A DNA stretch of 64,000 nucleotides from the NCBI GenBank assembly GCA_035084275.1, contig CM068756.1:14384001-14448000 (forward strand), read 5' to 3'. The translations under genes and the position numbers were made by a program. The notes beneath the pieces are model-generated. The model made no database searches. It had not been told where the DNA came from and worked only from the letters and a program-made list of their open reading frames with translations. Position 1 is the stretch's first letter. The number at the start of each line of letters is the position of its first letter. Origin of the DNA: Hydrolagus colliei. Its lineage: Eukaryota. Shown here one piece after another: positions 23,740-36,100 of the stretch.

Positions 23740-24040
23740 TAATAATAATTGATGACTTTGATATAGTGCTTTTGATGTCTTCTGGACATCTCAAAGTGCT
23801 TCACAGAATGTACTGTAAAGTGAATTCACCATCAGTTTATGGGTGGAAAGTGGCAGCCAAATTGCACACAGCAGTGTCCCACAAACAGTCGTGGATTAAA
23901 ATGACCAAATTATTCTTATTTTTTTCAAGCGATTATTATTAGGCATGGGAGTAACTTGTCTAAAGTTTCACCCTGCCTTGAATTCAACCCAGATCTTTTG
24001 TAAGTCGAGTCCTCCAATCACTGAGCTACAGGACTCCTGA
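23740..24040 (-). mobile_element. Deu-type SINE
   Basis: Full head-core-tail match to other copies. Confidence 0.7.
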
Positions 24041-24804
24041 TGGATGTTTCAATCAGAGGTTTCTTGATAGGAAGTTTCTATTACTTGAATATCCAGTTGC
24101 ATTCATTGTTCGTATGATATTAATAAGATGTAACCATATATTTAGTAATTGTCTTGGGGACGTTGGGCTTCCTCAAACCCAAAGTCATAGGAATCCGCTC
24201 AGCTGCTTCTGCCCTCCAGTCTTCTCCCCCTTCCCTATCTCTTCCTCACACCCTGGACCATTCCCATCCCTCACTACACACCTTTGAACCTGTCACCCAT
24301 CCTCTCTAACCATCACTATAAACTCATATCTCCCAACAATCCTATCCTTAAATAGCCATCCCTGGATCCATTCCAGTCTCAATCAACTACCCCATCTCCA
24401 ATCTCCCTTTCTTCTCCAGGGTCCTGGATGAGTTGTTGGTTCCCAGCTTCACTTCTTCCTTTCCCACCACTCCCGTCATGAACCCCTCCAATTAGGTTTC
24501 CATGCTGCCCACAGCACAGCCCATGTTAATAATAATATTAATAATAATAATCATTGCATTTGATTTAGTGCTTTTCATGTATTCTAGACATCTCAAAGCA
24601 TATCACAGAATACACTGTAAAGTGAATTAAATGTATTTTTGTGAGCAAAACGCAGCAGCCAATTGTGCACAGCAGTGTCCCACAAACAATTGTGGATTGC
24701 AATGATCGATTAATTATTGTGTGTTTTTTTGTTATTGAGGGATTATTATTACGTGAGTGTGTGTGTGTGGAGTAAGGAAACTTGCCCAAGATTTCGCCCT
24801 GACC

Positions 24805-25377
24805 TTCTGTAGTGTGGTGACCAGAATTCAATTCTGGTCACCACACTACAGAAAGGATGTGAAGGCATTGGAAAGGGTACAACGAAGATTTACTAGGATG
24901 GTGCCAGGATTGAGGGACTTCAGCTATGAGGAGAGGCTAGATAGGCTAGGGTTATTCTCTCTGGAGCAGAGAAGATTGAGGGGAGACCTAATAGAGGTTT
25001 ATAAGATCATGAGGGGTTTCGACAGGGCAAATAGAGAAAAACTATTTCCACTCGTGGGTGAATCTGTGACTCGTGGTCACAGATTTAAAATAGTTTCAAG
25101 GCGCAGTAGAGGGGAGCTGAGGAGAATTTTTTTCACTCAGCGAGTTGTTCGAATCTGGAATGCATTGCCTGAAAAGGTGGTGGAGGCTGATTCGATAACA
25201 ACTTTTAAAAGGGAATTAGATCTTTATTTAGGGAGAACGGGTCTATTAGGCTATGGGGAGCGGGCAGGGCAGTGGGATTGAATCGCTCTTTTCAAAGAGC
25301 CGGCACAGACTAGATGGGCCGAATGGCCTCCTTTTGTGCCGTAAAATTCTATGATTCTAGGATTCTGATTCTATGAT
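24805..25377 (+). mobile_element. CR1 3' fragment inserted in a SINE, with a 24-bp fold-back at its 5' junction
   Basis: Near-identical to 14435-14960. It is flanked by SINE halves (24560-24804 and 25378-25425). Confidence 0.88.
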
Positions 25378-26869
25378 CCTGCTTGTAAGGCGAGTGCTCT
25401 TCTAACCACTGAGCTACAGGACTCCACAATACCCGCCTCCCCATATGAAAGGCGCAATATAAATGCATTGTTGCTGTTGTTATTGTCACAAACATGCATG
25501 CGAGTTGAACACATGCAGCCATATGAACCTGTTAGATCTCTCCACCCAGTGGGCTCTGGCCTAATCTTATCCCCAGCTTCGCCCACCTTTAGGGACAGGC
25601 CTTTAGCCGCTCTGCACTCACTCCCTGGAACTCCATTCCATTGTCGCTGCACCTGCCTCTTTTGCTACCATCAAGACACATCTCAAGACACTCATCATTG
25701 ACTGTGCCATTCACCATCTATGATCACCCTCCCCTCTGTTTTCCACCATCCCCAATCCTGACCCACAGCTTGCGTCCGAAATATTGGCAGTCCAGCTCCT
25801 TTGGATGTCCTGCTGATGTGAAATGCGTTCTGGAAATGTAATTTTATTGTTGCTGTTGTTGTCTGTCCTATTTACACATCCTGGAGCACAACTCAAATTG
25901 TGAATGGAGTTTCTTCACGTGTCCTGGCCAACAATTCCATTCAAAGATTTGATGGTTCCTTTCATGACTGTTTGTTATTGCTGTGTACAATTGGTCTACT
26001 GTATTTTCCGACATCTATACAGTCCTACACTCCAAGGCTTCCTTGGAAGCGCTTTTTGATGCCAATGAGAAAGGCTGTATACCGAATGCAAACGAGTATG
26101 ATTATATTTCAATTGTTGTGTGTACTTTTTGATTATCCTCAGATTTTGTGCATTAACTGGATGCTATCATCTGATAATGAATATGTTTCTTTCTTCTTTT
26201 GCAATTGCTCAGATGATCATGGTACAATTTGAACAAATATTGATCTGTAGCTCCTTCTACAAATCTATAATTGCTCACAAAGTGTGGCACCAGGTCATGC
26301 TGCAGATTGCACCGTACTATGGTATGGAAAGCATTAATCCACATTTTTAGTTTCTATCGTTCAGCAGGTGCACCTTTGCTTCACTGGCTCAAGACTTGTG
26401 TGTGTACCCAAAGTCTCTGCTGCATCATTAGTGGCCGTTTCTTGAAGCCACTCCTGAACCTCTGGATTTCCGTGCCTCAATTGCTGTACCACACATTCTT
26501 AAATGTCTTCAAATCACACTTGATGATTTTCCACTTTGACTGTGCCTATGGTCTCCCTTGGATCTGTGTCAAACTGTGCCACTGTCAGTGCTAGGTATGT
26601 TATATAATCAAATTGTTGTTATTGTTGCTTCTTTGGTTCCATCAGAGCAGATGCATCAAAAGTCCAGATGACCAGTTTTGCCCAGCTAGTCTAGTCGTTA
26701 TGCATAAATCCTTGACCATGCTTATGAATATCCAAACAAACTGTATGCCACCAACACAAGGAAATGTCCCTCTGTCTGGAATGAAATGTGGTTTTTCTCC
26801 TGACATGGATTCACACTGCTTACCTAATTTTGCAGAATGTTTGCCAGAGTTTGGTGAGAAGTAGATTTG

Positions 26870-28870
26870 GAGGGGTGAAAAGGGGCTTGCTGTGATAGAT
26901 TTCAAAAATGAACACAAGCCTGAAGATTACGGGAAGGAATGAGAAGGTTGAAATTGATATCGATAAGATAATAGGAGATGTACTAAACCTGGAACACAAG
27001 AGTAACAAAAAGCACCATAGCACAATTTGATATATATTTACATAAATGCCAGAAATATCACTCAACATAAAATGGAATTAGAGGATCTTGCAGCATTGTG
27101 GTAGGATTCTCAGGATTCTCATGGATTGTTAAACATAATATTGGAAAGTAGTACAACTTACATGCTACCGATGGAAGATTGGAGATTTAGCAAAGATAGA
27201 GAGGTTTCAATGTATGTAGAACCCATAAGGATATCTTGTAAAGATATTAGGGGGCAAGGAGAGGATGACTATTGTGCTAAATTACAAGATTGTATGGAAA
27301 GAGGTTAAAAACATATTAGGGGAGCCAAGGGAGAACTGGAAAGGAACATTAAATGAAAAGCATATACCTTCAAATCCTTCCACTATTACAACAGAGAAGG
27401 CATGAAAACCTTAAGGGATTGAACTCAGGTTAAAAAAAAGAATGCTAGGAGGCAGCAAACATTAGATGAATGCTTCCTGGAGTTTTGTTTAAAAACAGAC
27501 AAAACACGTGAAATCATGAATACTACAGCCTAACTCAATTGGCAGCACTCTCACATCTGAGTCAGAATGTTATGCGTTGCACGTCTAAATATGCAACTAA
27601 TGTAGACAAAAAAGTAAAAATAATAATCCTTATATTTAATATAGCACCATATCACATCTTTCAGACAACTCAAAGTTCTTTGCAGAATGTACTGTAATGG
27701 AAATGAAAATCCAATGTAGTACTGAGCAATGTAGAATCTTTGTAGGTGCCATCCTTCAGATGATAAAGTAAACCAAGGGCTCACCTACCTAATCAGGTGG
27801 ACAGTGAAGATCCTATGGCACTGTTCAACAACCCAAGAAAGTTTTTCCATTTACCCAAATTGGTCATTTCCTTTATGGCTATTTTAAAGATATTGCTGTG
27901 TACTAAAACAGTCACTGAACGTTAGGGTATGAAGTGATTTGAGACTTTGAGACTTTGAGACTGAAAGGAGTGTGCTTCCAAATAGATTATGCTGTCAGTG
28001 CCCGAGGTGAGAAGGCACTGACTGAATGAGAGATCCTCTGTCTTATCAACATTCAAATGGAGTAAGAAAGCACTCATCAGGACTTACTATCCAAACAGGC
28101 AATCAATCAGGATTGCAGTAGTCTTGGAAACACAGTTGGAAACAGAAATATAAATTTTGTTATTATTTGAATACATGTTGCAGAAAACTCCTTGTCTACA
28201 ATGACATCATTGAACAGGAGAAAGTTATTATGAAAAGAAAAAGTCCAAAAACAGAACCCTAAATGGCCTGGATTTACAGACTCAATTAAATACCAATACC
28301 AATAGTAACACCAATTTGTGGAATTGGAGGAGGCAACAAAGTTCTGAGAAAGAGAATTTGATAAGGTAAGTACATGGGCTGTAAAATTAAGCTTGGATAA
28401 ATTAATGGTAAATTGATAGATAAACATATGGGATACACCAATAAGAAACAACAACAAAAACAACCACAAATTACATTTCATAGGTACTCCATGGAATGGA
28501 TAGAACTTGCCAAGGGGGAAACTGAAGGAAATCCAGGGATGTTAGTTGACTCATCACTCATGATGTCAAAACAGAGCAAGGTAGCAACAAACAAGATAAG
28601 CAGTTCGCTGTGTTATTTGCTGCACTGAATCAGTTGAGTTAGATTCTAAGACATCGCACACTGGTCAGACCACACCTTAAATATTGAAGTAAGGACATAA
28701 TGGGGCTGCCCAAGGGGCAATGCAGAGGACAGAAAATAATCTGATTACCATTAGAGAAATGTATTCTAATTTGATTGGTGTTTAACATTGTAAACAGGAT
28801 TGAACAAGTAAACCCAGATCAATACTTTATTTTACAACAAAACAACAGAATAAGAGGTACATAGCTTTCA
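26870..28870 (+). mobile_element. Old degraded CR1 fragments with SINE tail
   Basis: Endonuclease-start-like YINARNI at about 27040 and CR1 3'-like sequence at 28500-28870. Boundaries are approximate. Confidence 0.4.
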
Positions 28871-30166
28871 AGTTGCAAGGGCAATATCAGGATCTATACC
28901 AGCTTTTCCTTCACTGCAACTAAAATACAGAACTGGAATAGGTTGGAATGAAAGCTGGTTGATTATAATAATGATAATAATGATAATAATAATAATCCCT
29001 GCATTTGATATAGTGCTACGTCTTCTAGATGTCTCAAAGCGCTTCACAGAATGTACTGTAAAGTTAATTGACTGTATATCTGTGGGCAAAACGTGATACA
29101 GAGTGTCCCACAAACAGTCATGAATTGAAATGACTAATTTTATTATTGTGTTTCTTTTTAGGGATTATTATTAGGCGTGTGGAGAAAGGAAACTTGCCCA
29201 AAGTGACGCCATCTCATTTAAACCACAGCTTGATGCTGAGATAGGGGATGATAGGGCAGGTGTTCTGAAAGAAGGAGATGAAATATGCCAATTAATCCAA
29301 TTTAAAGATTTTTTTTTGAAAAAAGGTTCACGTTGTACAGACACTATTGGCCACAAAACACATTCAGCTACAACGCCAGCTCATGTAGTACAGATGTAGC
29401 ACATCTGTTGTTACATAAACAATGAAATATTGTGCACAGTAGATACAGCCACTTTACTGCAACAGGAACAGCGTAACTGATGGAAAAAGTTAATAATACG
29501 TGCTCTATATATAATTTGAGAGACAGAGACTCTTGTAATGGAAATATCCTTTAATATTTACAAAAACAGCAGAACAATTGAGGTTTCAACGCTGAGTTGT
29601 TTCATGTTCGGTATATTTTAAGCAGATACGTGAAAAGTTCAACACCCACGCTTCAAGCTATTTACTCAGTTAAACTATTGCACCACATATTGATGCCTAG
29701 CTTTGAAGTTGGTCTATACCAAGTGTTGTATCATTAATACTGCGGAGACAGAATGAATAAAGGAGACTGGTTTACACAAATTGCTTTTTTACTGAAAGGC
29801 TGATTGAGAATGTGACATAACTGTTCGTAATTTTGTTACAAGCTCTTGAAGAGCTATATTTCAGTCAAATAATTCAGTCTTCAACGTTTATAGATTGATC
29901 AGATTCACAGTGAATACCTATTGGCAATTACAACAACAAAATTACACTTGTATAGTGCCTTTCACATCAGGAGGTATGTTTACAGTAAGCAATATTTTCC
30001 AAGAGATTTCTTCAAGACACATAATGTAATAAACTAATAAATGCAATTATGGTTGAAATAAAATAGGTGCAAATAGAATAGCAGCACAGGTCTAATGTGC
30101 ACATTATTCACTATGGTGGAAAACTACATCTAATATGCACCAATATCAGTTTCTGCGCCTGTTGCA

Positions 30167-33100
30167 TTACTTGGATCTTGGTTCCCTGCAGATAGCGGCG
30201 GCTGCTCCTCCATAGTTTCTCTCATGGAGCTCTGCATACTCTGCATTCTTAATGGTACTTTTAACTTTTCCTGTTTTATTAGAAGGACAAAGATCCAGAG
30301 AGGCGTATGTCATCTTGTTCTCCGTTGCCCCTTGCTTGGTCTGTAAAGGCAATAGTTGAGAATTTATTTCTATTAATTTGTTTTCAGTCTTCAGAAATCT
30401 CCTCAAATATGCAGCAACACTTGCCTCATAACTCATTTGATGAAGTCACTCTTTTAAAGAACTGAGCCAAACAGAATGTAGTGGCGACAAATTCTGTTAC
30501 GAACAGTTAGAAAAGAGCAGTGAAAACAATGTATGAGTTTTTTATTGATCTACAGAAATGTGGGATGTATATTTCCATATATAGTTGATGTCCTCAGTGC
30601 CTCATAAATTGACACACAATAACTAGTCTTATACAAGAAAACAAATTATTTGGCTGTACAGTTAACCCTTGCCGTACATGGGGGTTACGTTTTTGGAACA
30701 CTGCACACTCGGTAAAATTGCGTTGGGTAAGCTTAACAAGTAATGGGAAAAGGGGGTTTAGGGGAATCCAGCCACAGGCTACCCACCCCAAGCCTCCAGG
30801 CACATCCACACTTGACCACCACCAACAACAACAACGTCAACAATAACAATTTATATAGCGCCCTCCACGCCAGACGGCGTCTCAGAGCGCTTCACAGTAG
30901 CGGATCCCGGGACCGAGCCAGGAGCAGGGGCAGGAAGGTGACCAAAGGTGACGAAAAGTTCGGTGACCAAAAGCTCGGTGACCAATGCAAGGTACACACT
31001 GAGGTGGACAACAGCCGGCTAGCACGCTCTCCCCGCTCTCATTTCTCTCCCCACTCTCCCTGCTCTCCCCACTCTCGTCACTCTCCCTGCTCTCATCGCT
31101 CTCCCTGCTCTCCCTGTTCTCATTGCTCTCCCAACTCTCCCCGCTCTCATCGCTCATCACTCTCCCCACTCTCATAGTAGTCCAAGGCCAAGGAATCATC
31201 AGCCTCAAACTCCATTGAAGTGGATGCTTGGGGAGAGGCAGAAGTGGATGGCCGAGAAGATGCAGCAGCAGGTAAGTGTCAGCGGATGACTGCTGAGACA
31301 AACTGGCAGGTTGAAAGAAGGAAGTGATTTTCCGTTGTTTTGCCTTCCACTAGAAGTCTTTCATGAGCTCCCTGTAAGGCCCTAAGAGGCCATCCAGACC
31401 TGTTTTAAATTTCAGACTCCTTTCCATTATAGGGTCCATCTCCAAGCTTGACCTCCCAAGTGTGCATTGCGCGACCGGCATCCTCCCCAGTGCGAATGCG
31501 CGCGGGGTCAGCCAGCACTTTGCAAGTTTTACACGTGTTACACAAAAGAGTGATGCATTTTTTTCTTCTCATATAGTTGAATTCGCAATCGAGAAAGTTG
31601 TGTTTAGCGATGGTTAACTGTACACTGGCAGGTTGTTGCAATCATACCACAGCTCAGGACAGTGCCGAGAGTGAAGATCAGAGGAGAAAGAAAGATTAAA
31701 CGTAGACTAAGAAGAACAGCAAAATTGCACTTGTAAAGTGCCTTTCGTGATGGGAGGATATGTCAAGGCACTAGACGGTCTGTTTTAGACCCGAGCTGGG
31801 GTCGGGATCGAGGGGGGTGGAGGGAAGGGAGGGGAGTGGTGGGGGCATCATTGAAGCAGAGGTTCTTGATGCGGGACTTGAAGGAAGCTAGGGAGGGTGC
31901 GAGGCAGAGGGATTGCAGGATGGAATTCCAGAGTTTGGTGGCAGAATGGTTGAAGGCTCACCTGCCAATGGGCAGGCGGGTAGGTCGGGGGACACAGAGC
32001 AGGCTGGAGCCCACTATGTGGAGGGAGCGGACAGGTTGTTAGTGAGTTACAAGGTCACAGAGGTAGAGTGGTGTGAGGCCATGGAGGGCTTTAAAGGTGA
32101 GTACCAGGATCCTGAATTGAATCCTTGGGATGATGGGGAGCCAATGGAGTTAGGCCAGAATGGTGGCAATGGGGTCAGGGAGCTTGATTTGGGAGAGAAC
32201 AGGTGCTGCAGAGTACTGGATGATCGCAGCCTATGGAGGGAAGAGTTAGGAAGGCTGACAAGCAGAGCGTTGGCATAATCGAGGGAGGACGAGAACAGTG
32301 CAGATGGTAACTGCTGGAGTTCGGAGGGTGACGTGAGATACCAGACAGGTATAAACAACTCCGCTCTAAACGGATTAACCCTGGAATATGGGCTGATTAG
32401 GATATGCAGCACCACTTACCTCATAGGTCATTTGGTAATGCCACTGCTCTTTCCTGAACTTAGCCAAACAGAATTCAGTGGCCACAATACTGTTCGGAAT
32501 AGGTTAGAAAAGAAAAGTGAAAATCAACCCAAGATGTGCATTGACCTACAGAAATGTCTGTGTGTATCTTGTTGGTACATACTTGATATTCGCAGTGTGG
32601 CATAGATTGACACACGCAATAAAGCAGAAGAATAAATATTTCACTATACAGTGGCAGACTGTGGCCACCATATCACTGGAAAGCACCAGAGAGTGAAGAT
32701 TAGAAGAGAAAGAAAAATTAACCGTATTATATTTGCTATATATCAAATGCCAGGATTATTACTAGTATTAACCACAGGAATAGTACAAACTGTCTTACAG
32801 TGAGCACTGAAGTTAGTTCCACTCTATTTACTGAAACAATTTTGTATTTCTCAGATATACCTGAGCGTACACTGTCCTGTCCTTTTGTTTTTTAGGTCTT
32901 GGAGGTTTCTTAGAACTGATCAAATTTAATGTGGCATAAGCCATCCGCTCATTCTCTGCTCCATGCATCATCTAAAAAACAAAACGTGATCACAACAAGA
33001 ACAACATTGCATTTGTACCTTTCACGTAGGGAGTACATCCCAGGGCGCTGACAGATTGTTGTCTTCACTGTTCTCAAGATTGCTGTGTAAGTACTCATCA

Positions 33101-36100
33101 GAAAGCCCATAAATTAAAAATATTTCAAGTATTTGATAAGGAAATTTATAGTTTTATTGAATACTAAGTCAAGAATTGCATGACGACAACAATAAAATTG
33201 CACTTATATAGCGCCTTTAAGCATCTACTGAGATGCAATTAATAAATGTACCTGTTCTTCGCAGTGGCTCGATCCCGTCTGGTTTCTGTGTGGGCCTTGG
33301 AAAAAAATTCAATTAATAAAGAACTTGCTTTCGAACATGTTCACTTTGACCGACTGAAAAGCGTTTCGAAGCTCACAAGCTGCCAGAGTCTGTTTTTCTA
33401 AACTATATAAACCATATCCTGGGTTTAGATTGGAGTCTTGCATCTTCTTGCATCAAACTGTCTTTATTTAGACTCTTATCTAAGCCCAGTAGTCACAGCA
33501 ATCAAACAATCACTAATTATAAACTTTCTTATACACTTATTCCTTTCAATGTGTTATCCCTGCTCTCTGGAACCCTTTCCCAGAGTCCTTCAAATTCTCT
33601 CTTTCCTGCACCAACTATAAAACCTTTGATGAAATTACCAAGAGAATAGATAACTAACGGTATAAGATATAAAACCAAAGAGGTAATGTTGAACTTATAT
33701 AAATTGGCAGTGACACAGTTAGAATATTGTATCCAGGATTGTTTACCTCACTTAGGAAATTTACCAGGATGATAGCGGGAAAGATTGTCCTATGAGCAGA
33801 GACTGGAGGAACTGGGACTATTTCTTTTGCAATAAAGATGTTTTGACTGTCGACCTGATACAGATCTTTCAAATCTTGAGTGGTTTTAATTGTGTAAATG
33901 GAGAATTTATTTCCAATGGTAGGTGAGTTATCAAAAAGGCAAATGTAGCAGGAGACTCTTTTTCACACACTGAGTAGTTAGGATATGGAATCCCCTGTCA
34001 GGAGTGAACATAGGAACTAGGAACAAGGGTAGACTATTCGGCTCTTGAAGCCTGCTCCACCATTTAACTAGATCATGGCTGATCTACTTCAACTAATCTT
34101 TTCAATTCCAATTTTGGGTTGAAGCAGTTTGAGGCAAAATCCACATTAGCCTCCAAAAGGTACTAGACGGAATCCTGTAGCTCAGCAGTTAGAGCACTCG
34201 CCTTACAAGTATGAGATCTGTGTTTCGAATCCAGGCACATCAGAGTGAAACCTCTGAATTGGTTTCCTTACTCCACTTGCCTAATAATAATCCAACCAAA
34301 AAAAAAACCTAGAATAAATTAGTCATTTCAATCCATTGACTGTTTTGGACACACTATTGTGCGCAATTGGCTGCTGCATTTGGCCCACAAATACAGTTAA
34401 CCCTCATCGAATGCGACTTTATCAATTGTGAACTCAAGTATACCCTTTTTGACGAATACGCGCTGGCTGGCCCCCGCACGCATGCGCACTTGTGAAGACG
34501 CCGGCAGCTCCCTAACCCACCATTTCCCATTACTTGTTAAGCTTACCCAACATTATACTGAGTGCACAGTTTTCCAGGAACGTAAACCCTGCAATCGATG
34601 AGGGTTAACTGTATACAGTTCAATTCACTTTACAGTATATTCTGTGAAGCGCTTTGAGACATTTAGAAGATGTGAAAAGCACCATATCAAAATGAAACAA
34701 TTATTATAGATACAATACCTAAAATGAATCAAATGTAGGAGTATAAGGAAGATTCGGGTAAATTGGGACTCAATGGATTGCTCTTAGAAACCTAGCAGAG
34801 ACAGATTGGATAGAATAGTCTTTCCCTGTGCTGTGAAAATGTATGGTTCAATCCATCTCAACATGTATTGAGTCAATGTCACCATCCCATCTCACCACCA
34901 GCTTGACCAGCAGTGTCAAGCGCTTTGGGACGTCATCCAGATTTGATGTGCATTTGTATTGTACTGCTAAATGATGCCATAAGCACTTTAACCCAAATTC
35001 AGAGTTCAACAGCTGCATTTCAATTGATACTCGATATGTTTCTCCATTTATATACACAATCTGGATTTTGGTATATTGGGCACAATATCTAGGGTTACTG
35101 AGGAGACAAAAATGAAACTAACAATGAAGAAGGTTGTAATCTCATGGAAGAGATATAAAGATTGGTAGGTTGGAAAGACAGTTGGCAGATGAAATTAAAT
35201 GGAGAAAAGTGTGTTTTCAAATTTGGGGAATTGTACTCAGGTCTGACTAACAGGGTGCTGCAGGTGCAGTGGCCCAGGTAGAAAGTGTATGTTTTATATA
35301 ATCAAATATTCTCTACTCATAGTTTGTAACACAAATTAATTGTAGCGCTATGTGGAAAAGACAGATTAATTGTATGTGGACTCTTTAAAGAACAAATACA
35401 GACACAGTAGACCTTCTGTGCTGTACGTTTCTGTTGTTGCAATAGATTTCAGACATTGGGTCACAATAGATTTCAGACATTCGTTGCATGGAAATTTCTA
35501 ATTAAATATTCAGCTAAATGTATGCAGAGGGAGATTCTGTGAGGATATTGGCATTTGTGAATCAATCGCAACATATTAATCATTGGCACTGCTTTATAGA
35601 ATTTTTCTCAGACTTTATAATAATAATTATTATTACCTTTCACTCCTTGTCACCCGATACTCCCAAGCCTATTAACTGAATTAAATTAAACATTCACATT
35701 TAACTTCAATAAAATAGGAATGCATTTTACCTTGTTTTTTTCTTAATTGGCATTGTTTCCCAATGATGATCAAAAGCAGCAGAAACACAAGGCCTCCCCC
35801 TGCACATCCAATAATCAGTATTTTCTCGTTGCGAGAGTCAGTATCTACAAGAATAGCATAAATTGAGTGTGTAGTGATCCCAGCAATGAATTGTAGTTTC
35901 AGTAACTGCGCGGTGCATCGGACTAAACATGTTTTCAACAGGTTTTTTCAATTAATTTTTAAACAGGGTCTTGGCACAGAGCAGCAATGCAAGGCACTGT
36001 TGATGATCAAGCAGATTTTGAAGCTTCCAATTCATTGTACTAGCCAACCTGCGTCTAATACAATTTCATATTAATTAAGAATGCAGATTCCAATCCAGAC

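Noticed and set aside
28107-28481. 124-aa ORF with a signal-like start, and a hydrophobic alternative frame vaguely like GPCR TM5
   Set aside because: No family motif or splice support, the alternative frame has several stops, and it is embedded in degraded CR1. A tBLASTx search would be needed.
30743-31301. His/Ser-Pro and ESRESD repeat ORFs
   Set aside because: They are produced by a short-period repeat within the Tigger-like element.
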